Assembly: GCA_047601445.1 (NCBI GenBank)
Contig: JASGJH010000001.1
Coordinates: 6,816,001-6,880,000, forward strand
Source: Myxococcales bacterium
Lineage (GTDB): Bacteria; Myxococcota_A; Polyangia; Polyangiales; DASUME01
Length of the DNA: 64,000 bases
Direction of reading: 5' to 3'
Both the position numbers and the translations under genes were made by a program. Of the stretch, positions 40,608 through 50,082 are shown piece by piece (within the stretch, counting starts at the first letter, position 1; the number at the start of each line of letters is the position of its first letter). The notes under the pieces are model-generated. The model worked only from the letters and a program-made list of their open reading frames with translations, was not told where the DNA came from and did not search any database.

Positions 40608-42299
40608 TCATCGCGCCAGCTCCCAGCGCAGTGTCAGCCACACCTGAGAGGCCAGGTCGAGTCCATAGAACGACGTGAACGCCTCGCCGGACTCGAACAC
40701 CACCAGGCCGAGCTCGGCATAGGTGTGGTCCGTGAGGCGCTGTTGCACCGTGGCTCGCACGGCGGCGCTTGCGTCGCGCACCAGGTTTCGGTTCAGGGGA
40801 ACTCCCAGCGCCACCATCGAGAGTTCCAGCGAGAGGTCCTGGGTGGGGCGCATGGAGAGCAGCGCCCCCCCCTGCAGCTGATAGGCAGGCGCGAGCAGCA
40901 CCTCGGTCCCCCCGGCGCGCAGTAGACGTGGGTCGAGTATCGTCTGGCCCGCCACCTCCAGACTCAAGGTCAGCTTGCTACCCCGCAAGTACGTGACGCC
41001 AAGCAGGCCCGAGAGCCCGGAGGCGCGCTGCGTGCCCAGTGTCAGCACGGGGGCATCGAGTAGGCGCGTGTTGCGGGCGCGCTGGTGCTCGTACAGGACC
41101 TCCCAGCGAAGCAGCGCGCGCGCCAGCGTGAGCACACCAGAGAGCCCCATGAACTCGTAACGTGGATGGAGCGCAGGCAGCGCGATCCGCTTCGCCGTGG
41201 ATGCGACGTCGGGCGCGCTGATCACCCCACCGCGATCGAGCAGGCTCCCTGCATGCAGGGCGACGTCCATGGCATGACCCGTGTAGGACCAGCGTCCGAA
41301 GGCCTCCGGCGTGCGCAAACCTTCTCGGGGTTGGTCGGTGAAGTACACGTCACGGTCGGCGAGCGCCGCCGACAGAAGCGGATCGTCGAGCACCAGCCTG
41401 CGCATGGGATTGCGACGATCGAGCGGTGGCGGACCCCAGTTGAAGCGGTTCTCCGCGGTGACGATCAGGTCCACGCGCTGGCTCTTCGCCGAAAACCCGA
41501 GCTTGCCAGCCGTCGCGCCGAAGCGTCGGCTCGCCATGTCGAGCATGCCGGGATAGCGGTTGTCGCGTGCGTTCACGAGGTCGAGAAAGCCCAGCACCTC
41601 ACCCTGGCCCCAGACCTCTACCAGTCGGCCGAGCGTCAGTTCGAAGCCCAAATAGCTGACCGAGGCGTGGGCCTGATTCAACAGCAGCTGCCGGTTGTAG
41701 GCGTCGCGCGTGGCCTCTGTGACCTGTGGGTCGAGCCGCGGCGCCACGTCGAGCTGAAAGCCTCCCAACACGTCGATGCCGAAGCGAGCCTTGCGCACGC
41801 TGTCGCGGAAGCGGACCTCCGCCAGCGCGCCCTGCACGCCGGTGGCCAGCGCGGGCCGGCCGTGGGTCCAGGCGCCGTAGCGCGCGTAAAGCTTCAGCGC
41901 CGAAGACCACCTCGACGTCTCTCGTGCGCTCGCCGGAGGGGCGTCGCCCTCGCTGTCGGAGAGCGGGGCAAAGCCGACGGGGTCGAAGCCTGCGGCGTCG
42001 GCGCCAGCATTGGCGCCGGGAGCAGCCGTCGGCCCAGCTGCCACGGGCGCGGCGTCTGCGCGCGCTGCTGCTGAAGGCATAGCCTTGAAGTCGTCCTGCT
42101 CGGCCGGTTCCTTCGCATCGGTCGCCGGCAGCACCGGAGCCGCATCTGTCACCTCCTCGCGGTCGACCTCGACCACCATCGGAGTGATTTCCAGCGGCGC
42201 CTTCTGCGCCATGGCGATGCTCGGTGCGCAGGCGAGGCCGAGCGAGAGCAGGCGCAGCCCGCAATCGCCTAGTTTTGCTGTCCTTTTCTTGGTGCTCAT
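40608..42299 (-). CDS. outer-membrane beta-barrel protein (DUF1302-like)
   Basis: Signal peptide ending AMA, Ala/Pro linker, LTLGRLVEVWGQGE...DLVN, amphipathic strands, C-terminal VWLTLRWEL. Confidence 0.65.
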   Translation of the reverse strand: MSTKKRTAKLGDCGLRLLSLGLACAPSIAMAQKAPLEITPMVVEVDREEVTDAAPVLPATDAKEPAEQDDFKAMPSAAARADAAPVAAGPTAAPGANAGADAAGFDPVGFAPLSDSEGDAPPASARETSRWSSALKLYARYGAWTHGRPALATGVQGALAEVRFRDSVRKARFGIDVLGGFQLDVAPRLDPQVTEATRDAYNRQLLLNQAHASVSYLGFELTLGRLVEVWGQGEVLGFLDLVNARDNRYPGMLDMASRRFGATAGKLGFSAKSQRVDLIVTAENRFNWGPPPLDRRNPMRRLVLDDPLLSAALADRDVYFTDQPREGLRTPEAFGRWSYTGHAMDVALHAGSLLDRGGVISAPDVASTAKRIALPALHPRYEFMGLSGVLTLARALLRWEVLYEHQRARNTRLLDAPVLTLGTQRASGLSGLLGVTYLRGSKLTLSLEVAGQTILDPRLLRAGGTEVLLAPAYQLQGGALLSMRPTQDLSLELSMVALGVPLNRNLVRDASAAVRATVQQRLTDHTYAELGLVVFESGEAFTSFYGLDLASQVWLTLRWELAR

Positions 42300-42543
42300 G
42301 AACGTTGGCGGCGAGCGCGAGAGTGCACATCGTGGTCGCGTAGCTTGCGGCTCGCTGCGCGCTCATCCGTTGCCGCTCTCTAGCAGGACGCATCGTAGGC
42401 GAGTCAGCTGTACGGAACTGCTAGGACCCGCGTTCTGCAGACTGAGTCCGCAGCTACCTCTGGGTCGCCCCCATAGTACGCATGTCCTAGGTCGCCTCCG
42501 CGTCCTTCACGAGGGTGTCCGAGTGGCATAGAGTGCGCTTGCA

Positions 42544-44325
42544 GTGGCCCCCTCTGACGCCGTGCTTCGGTCCTTTGCGGTCGCTCATGCGTATCGGCAG
42601 CTGCCCGTTGCCACGCTGGGGAACCTGGCGTGCACTAGCTGTGCTGCGCTGCTTCTGTGCGGAGAGCAACGGCTGTTTGCCTGGCTCGGCGTGCAGACGC
42701 TCTGCATGCTGATCAACGCCGCCATCTACGTTGCCTTTCAGGCCGGTCACGCGCGACCAGAACGCAGGCTCGCGCTTTGGCTGCGGCGCGCGGGCACGCT
42801 GGCTACCGCGGCCGGCTGGGCGCTCGGGTTCTGGTTCTGGCCGGTGCGCGATGGCGGCGAGCAATGGCTCCTGATGGTGTTGTGCTTTGGCGGCATGTCT
42901 GCCGGCGCGGCTACCACCATGGTCGGCGACCCGCGCTGGTTTCCCGTGTTTTGTGCGGTGATCTTGAGCCCCACCTTGCTCAATCCGAACCCGGACCCAT
43001 GGTGGAGCTCGGTCATGCCCGCGGTGTTCGCCGTGGTGCTCTCGGCGGTGGTCTACCGTGGCTGGCTGACCTTGCGCGAGACGCTGTTGCTGCGCTTCGA
43101 GAACGCCGACCTGTTGGCCGAGACCGAACGTCAGCGCGATCTGGCGCGCGCGCTGGCGCAGGCGAAGTCGCGCTTCCTGGCGGCGGCGAGTCATGACCTG
43201 CGGCAGCCCGTGCAGGCACTCTTGCTCTTCATCGATGCCCTCGCGCGCACGCCCGGCATGGACAGTCCGAGCTCCCAATCCGTGCTGTCGACGGTGGAAA
43301 GCACGGCCGAAACCGTCCGTGACATGCTCGAGTCGCTGCTCGATCTCTCGCGCCTGGACTCGGGCGTGGTGAGCGTCAATGCCCAGTCCATGGCGGTGCG
43401 TCCCGTGCTCGAGCAAGCCGCGTCGGCGCTCGAGCCAGAAGCGCGCGCGCGTGGCATCAGAATTCAAGTCAAAGGCCGCCCTCTCACGGCGCACGCCGAT
43501 CCTGCCCTGCTCGCGCGGGTGGTGCACAATTTGGCTTCGAACGCGGTGCGGCACGGGGATGGCCGCGTGACGCTCGGTCTGCGGCGCCATGGCAATCGTT
43601 GCGTGCTCTGGGTCTGTGACCGCGGGGAAGGCATTCCCGCGGCGGACCGAGAGCGCATCTTCGAAGACCTCGTGCGCTTGCCGCGCAGTGCCACCAGCCA
43701 TCCAAAGGGACTCGGCCTCGGGCTGCCCATGGTAAGGCGTGTGTGCCAGCTCGCCGAGTGGCCGCTCAGCTTGCGCAGCAAGCCCGGGGTCGGCACCTGC
43801 TTCTGCGTGAGCATCCCGACCGCACATGCGCCCGTCGAGCTCCGCGACAGCCGCACGAGAATGTCTGCGACTACGCTCGGCGTGGTGCTGCTGGTAGAGC
43901 CCGATGCCTTGATGCGCGGAGCGCTCTCGAATGCGCTCGGCTCCAACGGCTGGGACGTCGTGCATGCGGACGACGAGAGCTCCGCCTTGCGGACCTACCA
44001 GGACCTCTGCGCGCAAGGAACGCCCCCGCGGGTGGTGGTGACGGAGTTTCGCCTGTCTCTCGCGCTGCGCGGTCCGGCGTTCCTGTCCAAGCTCTCCGCC
44101 GAGGCACAGGCGCCATTCTTCGGTGTGGTGATGACCGGCGATGTGGAATTTCGGCCCGGGCAAGCCGCGCCGTGGCGACTCCTCTACAAGCCGTTCTCGA
44201 GCGACCGATTGCATCAGGTGCTGTGCGACGGTCTGGCCCGCACCAAGCCGAACTTTTCCTCACCTCGCGGCAGCCTCGCGCAGTCGCTGGGAGGCGCCCA
44301 GCTCGATCGTAAGCAGCCGGACTAG
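42544..44325 (+). CDS. membrane hybrid sensor histidine kinase, paralog of 13245..15023, degenerate receiver
   Basis: LRFENADLL, AASHDLRQPVQAL, NLASNAVRH, GLGLGL; receiver LVEPD...VTEFRL. Confidence 0.9.
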   Translation: MAPSDAVLRSFAVAHAYRQLPVATLGNLACTSCAALLLCGEQRLFAWLGVQTLCMLINAAIYVAFQAGHARPERRLALWLRRAGTLATAAGWALGFWFWPVRDGGEQWLLMVLCFGGMSAGAATTMVGDPRWFPVFCAVILSPTLLNPNPDPWWSSVMPAVFAVVLSAVVYRGWLTLRETLLLRFENADLLAETERQRDLARALAQAKSRFLAAASHDLRQPVQALLLFIDALARTPGMDSPSSQSVLSTVESTAETVRDMLESLLDLSRLDSGVVSVNAQSMAVRPVLEQAASALEPEARARGIRIQVKGRPLTAHADPALLARVVHNLASNAVRHGDGRVTLGLRRHGNRCVLWVCDRGEGIPAADRERIFEDLVRLPRSATSHPKGLGLGLPMVRRVCQLAEWPLSLRSKPGVGTCFCVSIPTAHAPVELRDSRTRMSATTLGVVLLVEPDALMRGALSNALGSNGWDVVHADDESSALRTYQDLCAQGTPPRVVVTEFRLSLALRGPAFLSKLSAEAQAPFFGVVMTGDVEFRPGQAAPWRLLYKPFSSDRLHQVLCDGLARTKPNFSSPRGSLAQSLGGAQLDRKQPD

Positions 44326-44454
44326 GACGCCTGACCAGGTTGTTCCGTAGTTCGGCATCGCGTAGGTCTTCTCACACCCAGCGAGTAACCACTCAAGAGG
44401 CCGGTCGGCAACCCATCTCGGTTACCGCCAGCGCCGGATAGCAAGGAGTTTGGC

Positions 44455-45627
44455 ATGGTAGGGCCCGAGGCGAATGACGTTCCGAGTCGAGCCGTGTTGA
44501 ATGGCGCGCTGCACTTCGCTGCCGTATCCGCGACCGAGGCGGCGTTGCCGAACCAGGTACGGCGCTTGGCCGACGTCGTCAAGAACAAGCTCTTGCCGTG
44601 GAACAGTGAGGCGTTTGTCCAGTGCATCCGAGAGAAGTACGTGCGACTCGGATTGCTAAGCGCAGCCGGCGTTTGGGCCCAGCCACGCCTGCAAGCTTTG
44701 CAGTCTCAGCTGACTCCCGCGCAGTTCTCCTACGCAGAGGCCATCGCCTTGGTCGACCGTATGGCGCACTGCCTGAGTGAAAACCCCTACCTCCGGGAGC
44801 TCTTGGTGCGTGCCGAAGGCTTCCCGTGTCCGAACTTGGCGCGGCAAATGGCGAGCCCCGACGGAGCGGCGGTGATTCGTGACGTGATCGCCTATGCCGT
44901 CGTGCTCGACCGATTGACGCTGGCGATGAGCGAGGATTTTCGTCTGCTCGACGAGTGTAGAGGCCCCATCGCCAAGGCGCGCAAAGAGGTGCGTGCCACG
45001 CGCCACCTGGGCTGGTTCGAGACCGTCAAACTACGCAGCGTCCAGCTGGCGATTCACCTACTCGTCAAGGTGCAGCGCACGCGCAAGTTGCCACCACAGT
45101 TCGTGCGTTGGCTGCTGTCGCTCAACATCCTGGAGGCAGCGGCCAAGGACGCAGTGAACGGCCGCTTCGACAACGCCTACGCAGGCTGGGTGCTCGCGCG
45201 CCACCCGCCGGGCCGACTCACCCACTGCGCGCGGACCGGGGCGGGTCCCGCGAGCTTCTCCAACGACGGCCGCTTCGTGATGCTGCGCTCGGCGCTGCCG
45301 CTGGCATGGGCAGATCTCTATCAGAGCTGGGACATGGTATTCGTGGCTTCATTCCCCCACCTGCCCTACGCGATCCTGGAGCTGGCGATTCCGCAGGTCT
45401 GTGACTACCGGACGAGCTCCGAAGGCGCAGAGAGCTACATGCATCGCCGCGTGATCGCGCTGTTTCTGCACCTGAACTACATCTACATCGGTCAGGCCAT
45501 CCGGCGCGCCGAGGGCCGACCCGGCATCGACTGGCGTGAGCCCGCGTTGCTGGACCTGTTGGGCCGCGTCAATCGCGAGGCTGCCGAGCACTATCGAGCC
45601 GCGGTCGCGGCCCGGGCGCGGAGCTGA
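44455..45627 (+). CDS. hypothetical protein, paralog of 2906..4099
   Basis: AAGGAG RBS; LNILEAA, DNAYAG, WADLYQSWD, RRVIAL. Confidence 0.75.
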   Translation: MVGPEANDVPSRAVLNGALHFAAVSATEAALPNQVRRLADVVKNKLLPWNSEAFVQCIREKYVRLGLLSAAGVWAQPRLQALQSQLTPAQFSYAEAIALVDRMAHCLSENPYLRELLVRAEGFPCPNLARQMASPDGAAVIRDVIAYAVVLDRLTLAMSEDFRLLDECRGPIAKARKEVRATRHLGWFETVKLRSVQLAIHLLVKVQRTRKLPPQFVRWLLSLNILEAAAKDAVNGRFDNAYAGWVLARHPPGRLTHCARTGAGPASFSNDGRFVMLRSALPLAWADLYQSWDMVFVASFPHLPYAILELAIPQVCDYRTSSEGAESYMHRRVIALFLHLNYIYIGQAIRRAEGRPGIDWREPALLDLLGRVNREAAEHYRAAVAARARS

Positions 45628-45797
45628 AGCGCACACACGCCGAAGCCCAACGAGCTTCTTGAGAGCGCGATTGGCGTGCCTTGGAGAGCGCAGCGAGCCG
45701 CGGAAGGTCGCTCGAGCCTCGACTGGCGCGAGCCCGCCCTGCTCGACATGCTGGCCCGCGTCAATCGCCGAGCTGCTCCAGCCCGACCCGAGCGAGA

Positions 45798-47117
45798 TCA
45801 GTTCTTCATCACGAAGCTGTAGGGCGCGTCGAACACGGCGCAGGAGTCGCCTTTGGGCGCCGGAAAGCTCCAGTGACTGGCGACCGACTGAATGCAGTTG
45901 CGGACCTCTTGGTCATCGACTTCTCCGCTGACCTGGGTCGCGGCAACCGCCCCGTCGTTGCCGATCTTCACGCGCAACCGAACGCGGCCCTGCTGTTGCG
46001 GGCCGTCCGCTCTCAGCATGCGCTCGTAGCAGCTACGTACGGCCGAACGCGACTCGTTGAGTACTTTGAGGATCTCGTTTGCGGAGAGATCTCCTGCACA
46101 CGCCCACTGGCGGCCCTCCTCGCGCTCTTCGCGCCGCCGTTCACGCTCCGCGCGCCTGCGCTCGCGGACCTTGGCTCGCGCATCGGCCTCGGCCGTGACC
46201 GCGGTGGATGTCTCGTTCAAGCGCTTGCGTACGCTCTCCATGGAGTGCGCGACCCCTTCATCGATGCGATCCTCCGAGGTGGCCGCGTACGGATTCGGGA
46301 GCGGCTCCCCCCCCACTGGCGCGGAGCTGAGGGGTGGCGTCCTCGCGGTCTCACCACTTGCGATCTTCGCGCCCCACAGCTCGTTGCCGCCGCTGTTGTA
46401 CTGGCGGACGAAGTCATCGCGGTCTGCGCCTGCTTCCCGGCCGGGGCTCGCGGCCGCACCAGTCAGCGTAACGCTGCCGTTGGAGCTCACGGCTGCCACC
46501 AGCCCCTGCGCGCCCGAAACGGTGCCGATCGCCCGCGTCCACAGCTCCTTTCCGGCCGCATCGAACTTGCGGACGAAGGTGCCAGGCTCGCCAGCGTACG
46601 CCTGCCCAGGCGGCGTGGCCTCGGTCACGCCCACCACGAGCACGTTTCCGGCGGAGTCTACGCTCAGCGCCAGGACGCAATCTGGTGCGCTGGTGCCAAA
46701 CTGGCGCGTCCACAGCTCGTTGCCTGCGGCATCGTACTTGCGCACGAAGGCATCACCGGCTCCGAACTCGACCTGGCCCGACAGCGCGGCATGGGTTTGC
46801 CCGGCCACCACCACGTTGCCCTTGCTGTCCGTGCCGACCGCATAGGAGGTCGCGCCGTCGAGCGATCCAGGCTGCGACTTTGCCATCCCGCAGGCACGAT
46901 ACGCGGGCTCCTTGCTGGGGGGCCGCTGCGCCCGAGCCAGCGAGCGAGCACGAACGGTCGAAGAACTCACGCTCGCCGCCGCGTCGCTGTCGGCGCTCGC
47001 GACGTTCCACGGGACGAGTGTCCCGCACAGGGCAGCCGTTACCGCGAGCCAGCGGCGAGGCTGCACACTCATTCTGCGTGGGAGGGATTCGACCGCTGAG
47101 GAGGAGCGTGGTTTCAT
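45798..47117 (-). CDS. secreted protein with SBBP-like beta-propeller repeats and an AgmX/PglI-like (TonB-C-like) C-terminal domain
   Basis: Repeats DSxGNVxVxG...FVRKYDAAGNELW (x3); C-terminal VRSCYERML...GRVRLRVKIGNDGAV...CI...WSFPAP...PYSF. Confidence 0.75.
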   Translation of the reverse strand: MKPRSSSAVESLPRRMSVQPRRWLAVTAALCGTLVPWNVASADSDAAASVSSSTVRARSLARAQRPPSKEPAYRACGMAKSQPGSLDGATSYAVGTDSKGNVVVAGQTHAALSGQVEFGAGDAFVRKYDAAGNELWTRQFGTSAPDCVLALSVDSAGNVLVVGVTEATPPGQAYAGEPGTFVRKFDAAGKELWTRAIGTVSGAQGLVAAVSSNGSVTLTGAAASPGREAGADRDDFVRQYNSGGNELWGAKIASGETARTPPLSSAPVGGEPLPNPYAATSEDRIDEGVAHSMESVRKRLNETSTAVTAEADARAKVRERRRAERERRREEREEGRQWACAGDLSANEILKVLNESRSAVRSCYERMLRADGPQQQGRVRLRVKIGNDGAVAATQVSGEVDDQEVRNCIQSVASHWSFPAPKGDSCAVFDAPYSFVMKN

Positions 47118-47260
47118 CTTGATCGGAGCCCTAGCAGTGCAGTGCCGAGGGCAACAAGTCGGACAGGTAGCCTAGTGCCTGCGCGGGCCTGCTGATCCTC
47201 TCCGCGGCGCGCGCTGGTCGCACGCAACCTCTGCACACGTTCCTCCGGAGCGTGTGGCGT

Positions 47261-47281
47261 TCATCGTACGAAAGGCCTAGT
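47261..47281 (+). promoter_or_regulatory. recurring motif upstream of the terpene synthase
   Basis: TCATCGTACGAAAGGCCTAGT. Confidence 0.55.
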
Positions 47282-47377
47282 TGCTCGCGTTTCCTTGCCT
47301 GCCGCTCGACGAATCAGCATGAACAGAGGACATGAGCCTGCCCGATCTCGGAGGTTCATGCGCAGTAGGAGCTGTTC

Positions 47378-48406
47378 ATGATCACCGCCACGTCCCGGCC
47401 CATTGCATGGACCCCCGGTGCTCTGTCCTGTCGCGACTTTGCGCACGTCTTCGATCCGCAACGTGCCCGATGCACACTTGATGTATTGGCCAAGCGGCGG
47501 ACCATCGATCGTTTTTTGGACAAGGCGAGGGCCCTCGGACTCTTCATGTTCAGCGGCGCTCGGGAGCTCGTCGTGCGCTCGATGTTCTACGAGCTGACGC
47601 AAGAATCGTTCGGAATGTACGGGCAACGTCCTGCCCCACCCGAGCTGGTCGAGATTATTTTCGGCTATATCGCAATGGGCTTTGCGTCGGACGATGCGAT
47701 GGAAGACAACCCGCTGCTGATCGACACGATCGCGGGTCAGCTCGAGAGCTACTACACGGCGCCGCCGCGCGCGGATCTGCATCCGTATGCCCGCTTTCTG
47801 ATTGAACACGTGATGCGCCCGCTGTTCTCCATGGTGGCGCCAGAATACGTGCACGATCTCTTGCGTCGTCACGTGAGGTACGTTCGCGCGATCAGGGCAC
47901 TCCACGTCAGCAGGAACTGCGAGGACTACCTGAGCGCCAGGCCATACGACATTGGATTCGAGCCGTGGCAGGCGTTCGCCATGATGGTCGCGGATGCCCC
48001 CGGAGGAACGCCGTACCCTGTCGATGAGCCGATCTCCAAGTGCATGCTGGCGAGCGTCCTGATCCAGAATGACGTGGCCAGCTTCGAGAAGGAGCTGCGG
48101 AGCCCGAGCGAGCCCGCTAACCTGGTCGCAATCCTGCTGCGGGAGAATCCTGCGTGGACCCTCGAGCATGCGTTGGCCGACATCCGAGAGCGCTTCTGGG
48201 CCCCTAACCTCGATACGCTAAGACAGCAGTTCTCTCCGTCGGCCATGAGCTTGTCCCCGACGCTACGCTCGTTCGCACGCCTGCTGGATGGCATCACCGC
48301 CTGGACCTTCGAGACAGGGCGCTACAAGTCGGCGGCGTCGCCGTTCGCCGAGCTCTTGCTGCCCTCGGTTCCCCTTCCTCTCAGCGCAGCTAGCGTAGGC
48401 ACCTGA
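47378..48406 (+). CDS. class I terpene synthase
   Basis: Asp-rich DDAMED, effector-like RPYDIG, NSE motif NDVASFEKE, WTFETGRY (WxxxxxRY). Confidence 0.85.
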   Translation: MITATSRPIAWTPGALSCRDFAHVFDPQRARCTLDVLAKRRTIDRFLDKARALGLFMFSGARELVVRSMFYELTQESFGMYGQRPAPPELVEIIFGYIAMGFASDDAMEDNPLLIDTIAGQLESYYTAPPRADLHPYARFLIEHVMRPLFSMVAPEYVHDLLRRHVRYVRAIRALHVSRNCEDYLSARPYDIGFEPWQAFAMMVADAPGGTPYPVDEPISKCMLASVLIQNDVASFEKELRSPSEPANLVAILLRENPAWTLEHALADIRERFWAPNLDTLRQQFSPSAMSLSPTLRSFARLLDGITAWTFETGRYKSAASPFAELLLPSVPLPLSAASVGT

Positions 48407-48548
48407 TCAATCCAGCTAGCTCTTCCGTTCGACTACCGAAGCACCCTCTCAGCTGCCAGGTTTGCGCTGCAAATTCGTTGGCTCTGCATGCCGCTCGACG
48501 GAGCTTGGCGGCGAAGAGCCTTGGCGCTGGATGTTGAGGGACGAGGAA

Positions 48549-49889
48549 ATGAGACGAGCCGCCGTGTTCACTTCAGTGCTGGCATTCGTGGGGTGGTCGT
48601 CGTCTACGCGCGCGCAGGTGGGCGGCTTCGTGGACACCGTACCGGTTGCGGATGGCCGCAGCGCTGGCGCGGCGGAACTGCAGTGGGACCACCGGGGGCG
48701 CTTGGCCACGGCAGGTTCAGGGTTGCACCGGGGAAGCTACGGCTATGCAGATGGCGTCGAACGCGTGCTCGAAGAGCACGACGGCAGCATCGCCTACTAC
48801 ATCGGCGCCGACTTCGAAGTGCATGACGGCATCGCCGTAACCTACGCGCGCGCGGGCGATCGGCGCGTTGCACGCAGGAGCAAGAGTACCTTGCAGACGG
48901 GCCTGCTCGAGGACTTGGTGCCGAGCTTCGACGGAGACGCGCGCATCGATGTCGGGGATGCCTGGGTCGCAAGAACGCAGGGAAAGGAAACCGCGCGGCA
49001 CCTCCACGCGAGCGCGCGTCGGAGGCTGCTCGAGGGCGCTCCGCAGGGGGTATTCCTGCATCAGGATCACCTGGGCAATGCAAGCTTGGCCACGAGTGTG
49101 GCCGGCGAGCCCATGGGAGAGCGCGCTTTCGGCGCGAATGGCGAACTGAGCGAGAGTCACGGCCATGTCGACGAGTACGGCTTCACCTCCCAGCGGCATG
49201 ACCTCGGCACGGATCTCGTGCACTTTCAGTTCCGCGAGCTCGACCCACGCGTCGGCCGTTGGATGAGTCCGGATCCACGGCTTCTGATCGACAGCGAGCT
49301 CTGTCTCGAGCGCCCGTTCGAATGCGCCAATGGCTATCAGTACGTCTTGAACAATCCGGTCGATGCGATCGATCCAACGGGTGAGTTCTTGTTTCTGCTC
49401 TTCAAGGTCGAGCCGCTGGGGAAGGAAAGTATTCTGCGCCTCAGTGCAATCGCCTGGACCAATAGTAGGAATGAGTTGCTCGGGACCGTCACGCGAAGTC
49501 CGATGAATGGCGACTGGTTCATGGCGCATCGCAACGAGTTCAAACCACGCGTTCGTGCTCTTGAAGACCTGGCCAGAGACGGGCCAACACGGAACGGAAG
49601 GGTTCCGCCCGATCGACGTGAGCTTGCGAATCACGGCCTCGAGGCAGATTACTTCGTGGTGCTAGGCGGCAGGGAGAGCGAGAAGAGAGAAGAGGAAGTG
49701 ATCCAGGACTTGGAAGTGCTGTCCTGGGATCCCGAGGAGGTCTCAGAGAAAGTCATGCAGCTGCTCGTTCGCCATGACTTCGTGTCCACGCCGAGACCGA
49801 AAAGCTTCAGCGGCTTGCCAGGAACGAGCGGTCTCTACCATTCTCTGGCGGCGCATATCCGAGGCCTGGTCCCCGGCAAGCAGGAGTAA
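48549..49889 (+). CDS. mini-RHS protein 1 (signal peptide + short RHS core + 168-aa variable C-terminus)
   Basis: MRRAAVFTSVLAFVGWSSSTRA; HQDHLG, GFTSQ, GRWMSPDP, YVLNNPVDAIDPTG (49371-49382). Confidence 0.9.
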   Translation: MRRAAVFTSVLAFVGWSSSTRAQVGGFVDTVPVADGRSAGAAELQWDHRGRLATAGSGLHRGSYGYADGVERVLEEHDGSIAYYIGADFEVHDGIAVTYARAGDRRVARRSKSTLQTGLLEDLVPSFDGDARIDVGDAWVARTQGKETARHLHASARRRLLEGAPQGVFLHQDHLGNASLATSVAGEPMGERAFGANGELSESHGHVDEYGFTSQRHDLGTDLVHFQFRELDPRVGRWMSPDPRLLIDSELCLERPFECANGYQYVLNNPVDAIDPTGEFLFLLFKVEPLGKESILRLSAIAWTNSRNELLGTVTRSPMNGDWFMAHRNEFKPRVRALEDLARDGPTRNGRVPPDRRELANHGLEADYFVVLGGRESEKREEEVIQDLEVLSWDPEEVSEKVMQLLVRHDFVSTPRPKSFSGLPGTSGLYHSLAAHIRGLVPGKQE

Positions 49890-50082
49890 GTTGTCGCCAC
49901 CACGGCTCGCCGCGTGCACCGGATGAATCTCCTCTCGCGGGCGTCACGGGACGGCAGCCGACAACGACCGGACGGCCTTCGCTGTTGGCAGATTCCGCTT
50001 CAAATTCGTGGGCTCGGCACGTTGCTCGGCTTGGGTTTCAGAGTCGAACGCAGTTCGTGCTGGGCCATCAGGGCAGGGAAGA

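Noticed and set aside
50010..50032. Sigma-54 promoter upstream of mini-RHS 2 (CGGCACGTTGCTCGGC)
   Set aside because: GG-to-GC spacing is off by one and the element is not conserved in the paralogous region upstream of copy 1.
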